Origin: a virus
Taxonomy: Duplodnaviria; Caudoviricetes
Reading direction: 5' to 3' (one strand)
IMG/VR virus record: IMGVR_UViG_3300043427_003220
Span: 1 to 64,000 of that record
Length of the DNA: 64,000 nt
Both the position numbers and the translations under genes were made by a program. This document shows, piece after piece, positions 53,884-63,471 of the stretch (the first letter of the stretch is position 1; every line of letters begins with the position of its first letter). Below the pieces are notes generated by a model. That model saw only the letters and a list, made by a program, of their open reading frames with translations. It ran no database searches and had not been told where the DNA came from.

Positions 53884-55335
53884 TCAAACCTCTTTATATA
53901 CAATATCGTCCGTTATTGTTTCATATACGTTATATCTTGACTTAGCATACTGTTTAAAAATATCAAAGAACTTTTCGCTGTCATTGTTCCAAATTCCATA
54001 CCCAGCAGTTGTAATATCAATAAAAATTAGTTTTTTGCCCTTCTTGTATCGCAATCCACGGCCAATAACCTGCCGAGTCAAAGCCTCTGCTGAGTTCTGA
54101 ACACAAGAAATCATGAAGTCAACATCAGGCAAGTCGATACCCTCTCCAAGCAAACTGCTATTGGAGATTAGTAAATTTGTTTTGCCGTCTTTAAATTTAT
54201 AAAAAGGATTGCGATATCCACTATGGGCGGGCTCACAAGATATCCCCATCTCAGTTGCATACTCGCAAAACTCTGCCGACGGCTCTACGGTCTTAAACAA
54301 CACTAAGACTTTAAGACCCTTGTTCAGCCCGCTCTTTACTAGATTAAGCACCGTATGGAGTGCTTTCTCATGAGTCGAAAGCATCTTATAAGCTGTTTGC
54401 TGATGAGTCATTTCTCGAACGCGACCAAGCCCAGTAATTGTAAGGCAGGTGATGGCTACAGGACAAAGATACTCATTATCAATAGCCCATTTACTGTCCC
54501 TCTGAAAGACGATAGGACCTACAATCCCATGAAAACCTAGCTCTAGGTTGTCTGCCCTGACTGGAGTCGCAGTAAAGCCATAGATATACTTGGCTCGACT
54601 CCCAAAGATAGCCAGCTCTTTATACATATTAGAGGAAGAATGATGAGCTTCGTCGATGATGATGGCATCAAAAATGTCCGAATAGTTACGGCCACTGTTA
54701 ACAGTAGCAATAGCAATATCGACACCCTCTTTAAATTTGTGTTTGCCTCCAATTCCGCAGCTCTTGGGAGCAATCTGTTTAATGTCTTTGAGCATCTGAG
54801 AAATGAGTTCGACAGTAGGGACAACAATCAGGACTCTAAGGCCACGCTCGATGAGGGCGCGGCTCAGTAGACTGATACACATTGACTTGCCCGTTCCCGT
54901 GGGAAGAACGATACAGCCCCTTTTGTATTGCAGAGCCGTTCTAACGGCATCAGCCTGATAGTCTCTTGGAACTTTAGGGCCAACTGGAGACAGGTTAAGC
55001 TCCTTGCTTTTTTCCTTGTGACCATCCATATTGGGCACAAGCCACCAAAAACCTGGGGGTACGCTCAAAGTGCCGTCCTCGTTGTCGCCATAAAACTCAA
55101 CCTTAGTTTCCAGTTCTAACTGTGCAATTTCATTCTTTATTTTAATTGCGTGCTTGTCGTTGTAAGGTTTTTGACGTTTGAGCTGTTTAATCTTTGAAAT
55201 GACACCTTTATTTTCAACTGTTAAGAGATTCTTGACAGTTTCAAGTACACTCACAGAGCCAGACAAGGTGATTTCATTGTTCTTGTATTCGCCAATAAGG
55301 CCGTGTATGGGTTCAAAAGCATTATCTTTAGCCAT
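53884..55335 (-). CDS. SF2 DExH helicase (UvsW-like)
   Basis: RDYQ, LPTGTGKS, IIDEAHH, TATP, EGIDLP, QVIGRGLR. Confidence 0.92.
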   Translation of the reverse strand: MAKDNAFEPIHGLIGEYKNNEITLSGSVSVLETVKNLLTVENKGVISKIKQLKRQKPYNDKHAIKIKNEIAQLELETKVEFYGDNEDGTLSVPPGFWWLVPNMDGHKEKSKELNLSPVGPKVPRDYQADAVRTALQYKRGCIVLPTGTGKSMCISLLSRALIERGLRVLIVVPTVELISQMLKDIKQIAPKSCGIGGKHKFKEGVDIAIATVNSGRNYSDIFDAIIIDEAHHSSSNMYKELAIFGSRAKYIYGFTATPVRADNLELGFHGIVGPIVFQRDSKWAIDNEYLCPVAITCLTITGLGRVREMTHQQTAYKMLSTHEKALHTVLNLVKSGLNKGLKVLVLFKTVEPSAEFCEYATEMGISCEPAHSGYRNPFYKFKDGKTNLLISNSSLLGEGIDLPDVDFMISCVQNSAEALTRQVIGRGLRYKKGKKLIFIDITTAGYGIWNNDSEKFFDIFKQYAKSRYNVYETITDDIVYKEV

Positions 55336-55382
55336 AAAAACTCCGTTTTATCTGTATTACCAAACGCAAACATACGAGTCAA

Positions 55383-55391
55383 TGATAAAAT
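55383..55391 (+). promoter_or_regulatory. Extended -10 promoter candidate
   Basis: TG-A-TAAAAT about 28 nt before ATG 55419. Confidence 0.5.
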
Positions 55392-55418
55392 ATAACAAGT
55401 ATTTCATAGGGGTTTCAG

Positions 55419-56201
55419 ATGGGACTAAAAGTCTTTGGGTTGGGAGCGGTACAGTCAGTCGACAAACAAGGCGAACTGATTGAAATTGCTAATATTGATA
55501 CATCCAACCTACGCATGATTACAGACGAACACAACTCCGACCAAAAGGGCGCGTGGTGTATTGTTGGCGGAATTACCGCTCACAAGAAAATTATGTCTGA
55601 AAAAGATTGCGAGACTCCTCGCCAAAAAAAATGCTGGGATTTGGTAAAAGTCCCCTATCTTTATGTTGAAGGAGAACTTGCCGATGGACACCCAAACGCA
55701 GATGCTGCTGCTGCACTTATTCGCTATACCGCTGCTAATCCTGATATTCCCCTAAAAATTGGTATGTCAATCGAAGGGCTTATCTTAAAACGCGGCGGGC
55801 CAGAAGGGTCAACAGAGCATAAAGTCATCAAGCAATCTTCCGCCGACGCCATTGCTATTACAGCTAAACCTTGCAATCCACAAGCTCAGATGTTTCCAAT
55901 GAACGACCTTATGAAGTCTTCCATTGAACCACCACCTGCAGAATACCTGCAGAAATTCATGAAGTCTGAAGGCGCTACGGAGTCTTTTAAGCATCGACCT
56001 GAAATTCGTCTTCAGCAGAAGCTTCAGCAGTTGAAAAAATCTTTGGAAGATGTTTTAAAGGGTGGTACATGCTCTGTTAAGTGCTGGAGCTGCGGCGATA
56101 CCGAACGCATGTTCAAGGCATCACGAGAGTGGAGTAATCGCTGCAAAAAATGCGGAGATGCTCGCAGTATGAAAGACATTTGGAACGCTTTAAACCAATA
56201 A
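55419..56201 (+). CDS. Prohead maturation protease with C-terminal zinc ribbon
   Basis: VDKQGE, EH, YLYVEGEL, GMSIEG, AITAKPCNP; CWSC..CKKC tail. Confidence 0.8.
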   Translation: MGLKVFGLGAVQSVDKQGELIEIANIDTSNLRMITDEHNSDQKGAWCIVGGITAHKKIMSEKDCETPRQKKCWDLVKVPYLYVEGELADGHPNADAAAALIRYTAANPDIPLKIGMSIEGLILKRGGPEGSTEHKVIKQSSADAIAITAKPCNPQAQMFPMNDLMKSSIEPPPAEYLQKFMKSEGATESFKHRPEIRLQQKLQQLKKSLEDVLKGGTCSVKCWSCGDTERMFKASREWSNRCKKCGDARSMKDIWNALNQ

Positions 56202-56210
56202 GAGGTTGAT

Positions 56211-56588
56211 ATGCCAAGTATTTTTTCTGATAATGGTGTAGCTGGTCTAAAATTAGATTACGGTGATGCCACAAAAGCTGTTCTCGCTGCTGCTACAGAA
56301 CTAGCACCTGCAATTTTAATGACATTGGCAGACCAATCTCACAAAGTCATTTTTCATAATGATTCCGACCAAGAAGTGCAAATTTTGGTTTCCAATCCGT
56401 CTAGCTTAGACGGCGTTTGGCAAAAACTATTGTGCTTGGCTCCTGCGCAGTCTCTACCCATTGAAAATTATGCGGGGCCAATGTGCCTATTTCCTCCGCG
56501 CACTAAATTTGCAGCATATTCATTAGGTTCTCACGTAGGAGTTGGCGACCCTGATGGTAAGTGCAGAATTTACGTGTGGCTAGGATAA
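56211..56588 (+). CDS. Hypothetical (possibly virion) protein
   Basis: GAGGT RBS; beta-sandwich-like composition. Confidence 0.62.
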   Translation: MPSIFSDNGVAGLKLDYGDATKAVLAAATELAPAILMTLADQSHKVIFHNDSDQEVQILVSNPSSLDGVWQKLLCLAPAQSLPIENYAGPMCLFPPRTKFAAYSLGSHVGVGDPDGKCRIYVWLG

Positions 56589-56591
56589 ATT

Positions 56592-56620
56592 AAAGGCTCC
56601 TTTCGGAGCCTTTTTTATTT
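56592..56620. terminator. Terminator between convergent genes
   Basis: AAAGGCTCC-tttc-GGAGCCTTT followed by TTTATTT. Confidence 0.85.
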
Positions 56621-57157
56621 CTTGCTGAGTCTTGCCACTTCTTGGACAATCACATCAAAGACAGATGTCTTCCTCTCGTCAGCCATCTCAAGCAAGCGTT
56701 TCAGGATAAGCTCAAGGGTTTTATTGGCCACGCTCTTATCGTAATCGGCTTGGCTAGGGCCGCTAATGCGCCAATCGCCGGTCGTAACAACTTGACTCTC
56801 TTCTTTCAAGACTTTAGAAAGAACTTCTGGTTTCTTTGGTTTTACTTTTGATGGCTTTTTGACGGGTCTATTATGAACACTCACAAACACATCTGGTTTA
56901 GGGGTGGGCTTGGCAACGGATACTTTAGGCTTTTTGCCTGATTTCCTAGAGGCAAACTCCGCCCTTAATGCGCTCAGGATTGGCAACTCTTCAGGGGTGT
57001 CTTGTTTGTTTTGTTCTTGGTCAAGCGCCTGCTTAGCCTCTTCGAGAGAAGAGAATCGTCCCAAGTAAACCCTCTTAGAGTCACGAATAATTCTTACAAG
57101 ATACTTACGCTCAGTTGCGCTATAAGAAATGCCCTTAATACCAATTTTCATAATCAT
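56615..57157 (-). CDS. AP2-domain DNA-binding protein
   Basis: GIKGISY....KY.VRI..D.KRVYLGRF...EEA..A. Confidence 0.75.
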   Translation of the reverse strand: MIMKIGIKGISYSATERKYLVRIIRDSKRVYLGRFSSLEEAKQALDQEQNKQDTPEELPILSALRAEFASRKSGKKPKVSVAKPTPKPDVFVSVHNRPVKKPSKVKPKKPEVLSKVLKEESQVVTTGDWRISGPSQADYDKSVANKTLELILKRLLEMADERKTSVFDVIVQEVARLSKK

Positions 57158-57417
57158 TTCCCTTCCTTAAAGAATCTTTTAGTTACAGAACACCATTCGC
57201 CATACATTCCATCACGCGCAAAACGTCTATTGTCATTTGCAGAATCACCAACATGAAGATGAGCTAGGCCCAACGCATCTAACCCATGAACAGCCGTATT
57301 GAACATATGAGGCGCATAAGTCGAACGCCCGTCAGCATACCTTTGAGCCATCCACAACGTATCCCTAATTATCTCTTTAAGTTTTTCATTTTCTTCTTTG
57401 AGTTTCTTCATCGTCAT
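57154..57417 (-). CDS. Hypothetical phage protein
   Basis: WMAQRYADGRSTYAP motif; GGGGG RBS. Confidence 0.65.
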   Translation of the reverse strand: MTMKKLKEENEKLKEIIRDTLWMAQRYADGRSTYAPHMFNTAVHGLDALGLAHLHVGDSANDNRRFARDGMYGEWCSVTKRFFKEGK

Positions 57418-57499
57418 GGCGGCCCCCACTCATATTCATAAGTAACAATGGCAACACTATCATAAGCGAACCGACCAGCACAAGAGCAAAATTAAACAT
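57386..57499 (-). CDS. Small membrane peptide (37 aa, not in ORF track)
   Basis: MFNFALVLVGSLMIVLPLLLMNMSGGRHDDEETQRRK; GGAGGTG RBS. Confidence 0.6.
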   Translation of the reverse strand: MFNFALVLVGSLMIVLPLLLMNMSGGRHDDEETQRRK

Positions 57500-57519
57500 A
57501 GCTCACCTCCATACCATTC

Positions 57520-57547
57520 TATTCGGTCTAGAATGGAAAAACCTTTA
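57520..57547 (-). promoter_or_regulatory. Sigma-28-like promoter P10 (weaker)
   Basis: TAAAGGTT-N12-ACCGAATA on minus strand, about 20 nt before ATG 57499. Confidence 0.5.
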
Positions 57548-57603
57548 GTATTATTGTAAAATAAGGCCATAAGGTCACGTCCAAACTCCTGTAAAGGTGC
57601 AAA

Positions 57604-60600
57604 ATGTCTGAAATTTTACATAAAGACTTAATTGGCGAAGATATTCATGAATTAAAAGTTACAGTATCTGCAGCCCCTCCAGCCTCGGTTCCAATATTCG
57701 TAGGGCAGGGCTATTATGATTTAGTAGCTAAAAAGTTTTATGTAGCGCAAGGGACATCTTTGTTGTCAGACTGGATTACTACAGACATTCCGCCATTTTT
57801 GACTTTTTTGGACACTAGGACAATCTCTTGGACTTCGACCACCAGCGGCGGCGGCACTCAAATTACATATAGTGCAAACGTGGAAGAAGCGGAGTTAATA
57901 TTAACTTCAACTAATATCACAGACTTTTCAAACGCCGTTCTTACTCTTCCAGAAATTGTTTCTTTGTTGGCAGACCAACACACTCGTTTAATTTTAAGAA
58001 CAGGAGGAGAGCCTAACCCAACGGTATGGAGCCCCGCTGTTTTTAATGGCCTAGAGCTTGACAGCGATTCTCAAAAAATTAAACTTTCTCAAAACTTATC
58101 TGAAATTGGCGACCCTACCTTCAACGAAACTACACTGACTATTCGTTCAAGAACTCCTTTATTAACTCTGACTTCCGGTGGTACTCCTACCGCTGCATCT
58201 TTATACCTTGACGGCAGTAAGGGCATGGTTGCGAGGGGTTTTGCCGGCAGTACGTCTAGCTTTACGTTGCAAAATGAGGCCGGAGACGACGTACTTAAAA
58301 ATCCTGTAAGCACCGATCAACTTGTTCTTCCGTCGTTAGGTGGATTGGATGCACCTTACGTTGTTCATTCCGATGCAAGTGGATTGCTTTCTGCATCTAA
58401 GCTCGTCGATGCTGATGTAGATGCCGCTGCAGCTATTGCAGGCACTAAGGTTTCTCCTGACTTTGGTAGTCAAAATATTACTACTACCGGTTCAGTTTTA
58501 GTTGACACAATCGAATCAAACACCAATGATATTGGTATTTTAACTGGAAACGATAATAAAACAATCTTAATTGGTACTGGTAGCGGATACAATACAATTA
58601 ATCTGGGTGGTACCAATACGGTTGTAAATATTTCAGGCGCCGTATATACAACTCCGGTTGAGTACGTAACAGAAGATAAAAACATTGTAGTAAATTTTAA
58701 TGCTTCTGGACAAGATTCTCCGGATTCAGGCCTTTATGTTCAAGAAGAATATAGCGGCGCACTTATTAACCTTACAGATGCAACTTGGCAAGCTGGAAAT
58801 ACGGTAAGATATGCGGTTGATATAGCCGGCATTGATGGTCTGGTCGCCGGTGAATATGTCCGTATTACTGGTTTTGTAAATACTCAAAATAATGGGACTT
58901 TTAAAGTATTAACCGCAAATGCTGGGTATATTGACGTTGTCAATCCCAAAAGAACAGATGCTTCTAAAGACGAAACAGGTGTAACTGCAAACGCAGCTCG
59001 CTTATTGCTAAATGGTTATATTCATGTTGGCTCGACTCGCATGAGTTGGGAAGTGCGTGCGCCCGCTCACGCCGGAATTATAGAATTAAAACCACAAACG
59101 GCAGCAAAAACTCTTCAAATTACCAGCGAGTCATCCAACGATGTAACCGTTAAATTTAATACAAATCTTACCGTAGACCAAGATTTACAAAAAACATCTT
59201 CGGTTGAGTTTTCTGATGCAAAAATATCAACTTTTGGCACAGGCATTGTTCACTCAAATGCCAGTGGACAGCTTTCATCTTCTTTAATTCAAAACGCTGA
59301 TGTGGACGGCTCAGCTGCTATTGCAGGAACAAAAATTTCTCCTGATTTTGGTAGCCAAAATATTACCACCACCGGAGACTTGTCCGTTAGTTCAGTAAAA
59401 GTTACAGGGATCGAACCCGTAGGCGGAGCTAACTTTTTTACATCCGCAACAAATGGACTTGTATTAAGAGGAGTTGCTGGAACATCCGCTCAGTTTAAGT
59501 TAATCAGCGACCTTGGTGTAAATTTTGTTACAATTACAGATACTTCTGTAACATTTCATAGCTTAACAAATGGAGTTGTAAAAGCATCTTCCGGAACACT
59601 AAGCTCAAGTTTATTAGTAAACGCAGACGTAGACGCTGCAGCAAATATTGAGGGCAGTAAAATTCAAGCTGCAGGCCCTACAAATGCCGGAGTTGTTGAT
59701 ACCGCCACTCAATCTTTTAGTGGAAACAAAACCTTTAACGGTAACGTAAGTATTACTAACTTTAGTGCAGCCGGAGTTGTTCACAACAACGCAGCGGGAT
59801 TACTATCAACGTCGCTCATTATGAACGCAGACGTTGACCCGTCGGCAGCTATTTCAGCAACAAAACTTTCAAATCAACCGTCCGGAAATATTGCAGCAAC
59901 AACCGTTCAAGCCGCAATCAATGAATTGGATACAGAAAAAGTAGCAAAATCCGGCGATAGTATGACCGGCGATTTATCTTTCGCCTCTAATTTTGGTATT
60001 CAATCAACCTCTGCAAGTAGCGTATTGGATGTCGGAACAAATGCAAATACCGCTGTATTAAACTTAGGCACGGGCAGCTTTACAAATACAATCAATTTAG
60101 GAACTGGCTCCGGCACAACGACTATTAATATTGGGGGTCCGAGCGATACTGTTAATATTACTGGAACCTTAAATACAGTCAATGTGACTGATATGGAAAT
60201 TACAGATAAAAACATTACTCTTAATAAAAACGGACCCGCTGCATCTGGTGACGGCTCTGGAATTAATATAGAAGAAGGCTCTTTAATTACTGGTTTTTCT
60301 AAAATAGGAAACAGTAGAACTAGTTGGGAATTTAAAGCTCCGGCTAGCTCTGGTTCTGTTTTACTAACTCCCTCTGCCGGCGCGCATGTGGCTGAATTTA
60401 AAATTCCAGCGCTTAGCTCTTCGGCAATTTACACTTTTCCTTTAACAACAGACTCGATTGTTGGAAGGAACAGTACAGATGATTTGTCTAATAAAACTTT
60501 GTTTAATCCAAAAATCGACCAAATTACCCCCTACAACGTAGACCAAACAATTACAATTAACGGCACAGCCGGCTTAAAAATACCCAGCGGAACAGACGCT

Positions 60601-62505
60601 CAAAGGTCTGCGTTTACTGGTCAAGACGGAATGGTTCGATACAACACGACAAATAATTTTTATGAAGGTCATTCTGCTGGAAGCTGGGCCCCATTAAGTG
60701 GCGGCAGAGTGGTTAATATCTCTTCTACAACAACACTATCAAATGAAACTAGATACCTAACAAATACTTTTGCAGGACCTTTTTCAGTTACACTACCTCT
60801 TGGCTCCCTTAATTCAAGAATTGAGATTAAAGACGCTGTTTATACATGGCAAACAAATAACTTAACAATTATTCCTGCTTCTGGCCAGAGAATTGAGTCA
60901 TTGGCGGTCAACGAGTCGCTTGTGTGCGACATCAACGGTGGGTGGGTTGTATTAGATTGGGATAATGCAAACTCAGTTTGGAACCTTTCAACAAGTGCTT
61001 TGGTTGATTTAAATGATACGTATGCTACCGAAAGCTATGCGGGAATTGTAAGTACAAGCAATCAAACTTTTGCAGGAACAAAAAAATTTAATGATGGTAT
61101 TATATTAGAAACAAATACCACCCCTGCAATTGCTCCGTCGAATGGCATTCAAGTTTACGCAAAAGCAGACAATAAGCTTTACACCCTTAATTCTTTGGGT
61201 GTGGAGCAAGCGGTCGGTTCCGGCGGTTCAGTATTGTCAATTGCTCAATCTGCGCACGGTTTTACCTCCGCTGACGTTGGTCGTCCGTTGTACCTTAATA
61301 CTTCTTTATACGCCTTTGCGCAAGCAAACACCGAAGCAAGGGCAGAGGTTGCTGCGCTCATTAGTAGAATCGTTGACGCAGATAACTTTGAAATCTGTCT
61401 CGGCGGTGAAGTCTCTTCTGTGGGGTCTAATCTAATTGTTGGCGGCGGCTCTCTTACGCCCGGAGAAATGTACTTTTTGTCCGCAACTGACGAGGGAAAG
61501 ATTTCTATTACTCCTCCGTCCGTGGTTGGTCAGATTTCTAAACCCGTTGGTATCGCCCGTACTACGACTGCGCTTGATTTCTTCAATATGCGCGGTTTGC
61601 CGGTTGGCGGAACAAACGCATATTCACAAATTACACTTACTAATAACGCAGTCACAACTATTCAAAATGCTTCGGCTTATGATAGCGTTGAGCTTTCCGG
61701 CTGGGTTTATATTAACGCAACCGTAAAATACCGCTTTGCTATAAAAGTTCAAGTAACTAAAAATGGAGCCGGAAATAACTATCTTGTCAGCTTTCAGCAT
61801 TCCGGTGATACCCCACCAACGGGATTTGACATAGACGCAACTGCGGCTGGTCTTGTTCAGATTACGCTTCCGTCGATTGCCGGTTTTACGTCTGCGGTTG
61901 TACAATTTAGCCTCAACGGCCCCGCAGTTGGCGCTAGTTTGCCATTGCAAATTGAGTCTACAAACGTAAGCTTTAGTACAGTTCAGGCTAAAGATAGCAC
62001 TGGTATTGCTTTTCGAAATTCATCTGGAACCACGATTGCAACTTTAAATAACAGCGGTCATTTGCTTTTACCAAAAATTCCAGTATTTTATGCGTGGAGG
62101 CCAGGTGCTGCTTTTGCAACGACTACCGGAGCTTTCGGAACAATCGCACCTGTATTTAATACAACCAGAGTAAATGTGGATACTTGTTACAATACAACAA
62201 ACGGCAGGTTCACCGCACCAGTTGCGGGAATTTATGAATTTCAATTTGGAATTACACATAGATGGAGCACCGGAGCAGGTAATTTAGAGCCAACTTTTTA
62301 TGTTGATGGCACAAATGCTTCTCCCAGAGGATGTGCGTATTCGTATGTAACCGCCGCGAATGATCATGATTGGGTTCATACTCATATTATCCTATCGTTA
62401 AACGCAGGTCAGTACGTTCAATGCGGAATTCATGCATGCGCAGCCGGAACAGATTATTATTATGGCGAACAGTTAGGTTATTTTTCTGGTAAATTAATTG
62501 GATAA
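57604..62505 (+). CDS. Long fibre/adhesin-like virion protein with C-terminal C1q-like domain
   Basis: S/T/G-rich internal repeats; fibre repeat FSVTLP..IEIKD..NNLTI; YNTTNGRFTAPVAGIYEF...FSGKLIG. Confidence 0.8.
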   Translation: MSEILHKDLIGEDIHELKVTVSAAPPASVPIFVGQGYYDLVAKKFYVAQGTSLLSDWITTDIPPFLTFLDTRTISWTSTTSGGGTQITYSANVEEAELILTSTNITDFSNAVLTLPEIVSLLADQHTRLILRTGGEPNPTVWSPAVFNGLELDSDSQKIKLSQNLSEIGDPTFNETTLTIRSRTPLLTLTSGGTPTAASLYLDGSKGMVARGFAGSTSSFTLQNEAGDDVLKNPVSTDQLVLPSLGGLDAPYVVHSDASGLLSASKLVDADVDAAAAIAGTKVSPDFGSQNITTTGSVLVDTIESNTNDIGILTGNDNKTILIGTGSGYNTINLGGTNTVVNISGAVYTTPVEYVTEDKNIVVNFNASGQDSPDSGLYVQEEYSGALINLTDATWQAGNTVRYAVDIAGIDGLVAGEYVRITGFVNTQNNGTFKVLTANAGYIDVVNPKRTDASKDETGVTANAARLLLNGYIHVGSTRMSWEVRAPAHAGIIELKPQTAAKTLQITSESSNDVTVKFNTNLTVDQDLQKTSSVEFSDAKISTFGTGIVHSNASGQLSSSLIQNADVDGSAAIAGTKISPDFGSQNITTTGDLSVSSVKVTGIEPVGGANFFTSATNGLVLRGVAGTSAQFKLISDLGVNFVTITDTSVTFHSLTNGVVKASSGTLSSSLLVNADVDAAANIEGSKIQAAGPTNAGVVDTATQSFSGNKTFNGNVSITNFSAAGVVHNNAAGLLSTSLIMNADVDPSAAISATKLSNQPSGNIAATTVQAAINELDTEKVAKSGDSMTGDLSFASNFGIQSTSASSVLDVGTNANTAVLNLGTGSFTNTINLGTGSGTTTINIGGPSDTVNITGTLNTVNVTDMEITDKNITLNKNGPAASGDGSGINIEEGSLITGFSKIGNSRTSWEFKAPASSGSVLLTPSAGAHVAEFKIPALSSSAIYTFPLTTDSIVGRNSTDDLSNKTLFNPKIDQITPYNVDQTITINGTAGLKIPSGTDAQRSAFTGQDGMVRYNTTNNFYEGHSAGSWAPLSGGRVVNISSTTTLSNETRYLTNTFAGPFSVTLPLGSLNSRIEIKDAVYTWQTNNLTIIPASGQRIESLAVNESLVCDINGGWVVLDWDNANSVWNLSTSALVDLNDTYATESYAGIVSTSNQTFAGTKKFNDGIILETNTTPAIAPSNGIQVYAKADNKLYTLNSLGVEQAVGSGGSVLSIAQSAHGFTSADVGRPLYLNTSLYAFAQANTEARAEVAALISRIVDADNFEICLGGEVSSVGSNLIVGGGSLTPGEMYFLSATDEGKISITPPSVVGQISKPVGIARTTTALDFFNMRGLPVGGTNAYSQITLTNNAVTTIQNASAYDSVELSGWVYINATVKYRFAIKVQVTKNGAGNNYLVSFQHSGDTPPTGFDIDATAAGLVQITLPSIAGFTSAVVQFSLNGPAVGASLPLQIESTNVSFSTVQAKDSTGIAFRNSSGTTIATLNNSGHLLLPKIPVFYAWRPGAAFATTTGAFGTIAPVFNTTRVNVDTCYNTTNGRFTAPVAGIYEFQFGITHRWSTGAGNLEPTFYVDGTNASPRGCAYSYVTAANDHDWVHTHIILSLNAGQYVQCGIHACAAGTDYYYGEQLGYFSGKLIG

Positions 62506-62517
62506 GGGGTATAAACA

Positions 62518-62970
62518 ATGGCAAAGACTACATTAATAGAAAAAGGCCAAATACTCCAATGTGCATATTTTGGTGAATTTAGCGGCAGTGGAACAAATAA
62601 TAACTGGTCTTTAGCATTGGGGACCGCATCGTTTACTCCGAAAAAAGCAAATTCTCAAATTTTAATAATGTACAATGGCACCCTTTATAATAACTCAGTT
62701 CCCTCTTCAGCTGGCGGCGGAGCAAGATTAAAAAGAAATGGCGTCGTTATTCAATCAGCGCAAAATACGGACGGCGGCGGCACGCAACCATATGCCATGT
62801 ATGCTTCCGGATTAGGAAATATGGCGACAAGGCTTCATTATCAATACTTAGACACACCAAACACAACGTCTGCAATAAATTATTCAATAGAAGTATCGTC
62901 ATACAGCACCGCAAGTTCCGCATTTACTGCTTTTGGTTGGTCAATTGTAATAATGGAAATTGCGGGGTAG
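62518..62970 (+). CDS. Small beta-sandwich virion/fibre-associated protein
   Basis: GQILQ, FTPK..NS.ILI, YLDTPNTTSAINY, IMEIAG. Confidence 0.65.
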   Translation: MAKTTLIEKGQILQCAYFGEFSGSGTNNNWSLALGTASFTPKKANSQILIMYNGTLYNNSVPSSAGGGARLKRNGVVIQSAQNTDGGGTQPYAMYASGLGNMATRLHYQYLDTPNTTSAINYSIEVSSYSTASSAFTAFGWSIVIMEIAG

Positions 62971-62971
62971 T

Positions 62972-63016
62972 TATGGCAAAAGTACCATTAATACAAAGTA
63001 GCTATCCTGTTTTTCC
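62972..63016 (+). repeat. 45-bp exact direct repeat copy 1
   Basis: TATGGCAAAAGTACCATTAATACAAAGTAGCTATCCTGTTTTTCC, identical at 63427..63471. Confidence 0.95.
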
Positions 63017-63425
63017 AGATAGACCTTACTTTTTTGCTAATACCGTTGGAGAGGGAAATGCAGGAAATGGTCTAACTCGAACTATTGTTTTTGGTACGGC
63101 GGTTGAAAACAGAGGCAGCTGCTACAGTACATCCACTGGGAGATTTACAGCTCCAATCGGCGGTGTATACCATTTTGACTGTTTAGTGATGGAAGAAACT
63201 TATTATGGCAATTGGAGCGATTGGGATTGTTATTTTAGAAAAAATGGAACAGCAATTGCTGGTATTTTGGGTGACATCAACACACCTCAATTAGATGAAC
63301 AAGTTTTTAGCGCATCGGTTACGGTATATTTAAACACCGGAGATTGGGTTGACATAGTGCTTTATACCAGCGGTGCCAACACAATTGAAGCTCCGTCTTA
63401 TTTTTGTGGACATTTAGTGGGGTAA
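62973..63425 (+). CDS. C1q-like domain protein
   Basis: YSTSTGRFTAPIGGVYHF, L.TGDWV, FCGHLVG; start at MAKVP. Confidence 0.8.
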   Translation: MAKVPLIQSSYPVFPDRPYFFANTVGEGNAGNGLTRTIVFGTAVENRGSCYSTSTGRFTAPIGGVYHFDCLVMEETYYGNWSDWDCYFRKNGTAIAGILGDINTPQLDEQVFSASVTVYLNTGDWVDIVLYTSGANTIEAPSYFCGHLVG

Positions 63426-63426
63426 G

Positions 63427-63471
63427 TATGGCAAAAGTACCATTAATACAAAGTAGCTATCCTGTTTTTCC
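63427..63471 (+). repeat. 45-bp exact direct repeat copy 2
   Basis: Identical to 62972..63016. Confidence 0.95.

Noticed and set aside
535-62259. Many overlapping alternative-frame and antisense ORFs in the track (e.g. 3166..3795, 14131..14586, 21546..22061, 27024..27650, 43312..43896)
   Set aside because: Nested in well-supported genes with no recognisable motifs; treated as shadow ORFs
62972-63471. Shufflon/invertible cassette system
   Set aside because: Repeats are direct, all cassettes are on one strand with their own starts, and no recombinase is in the window
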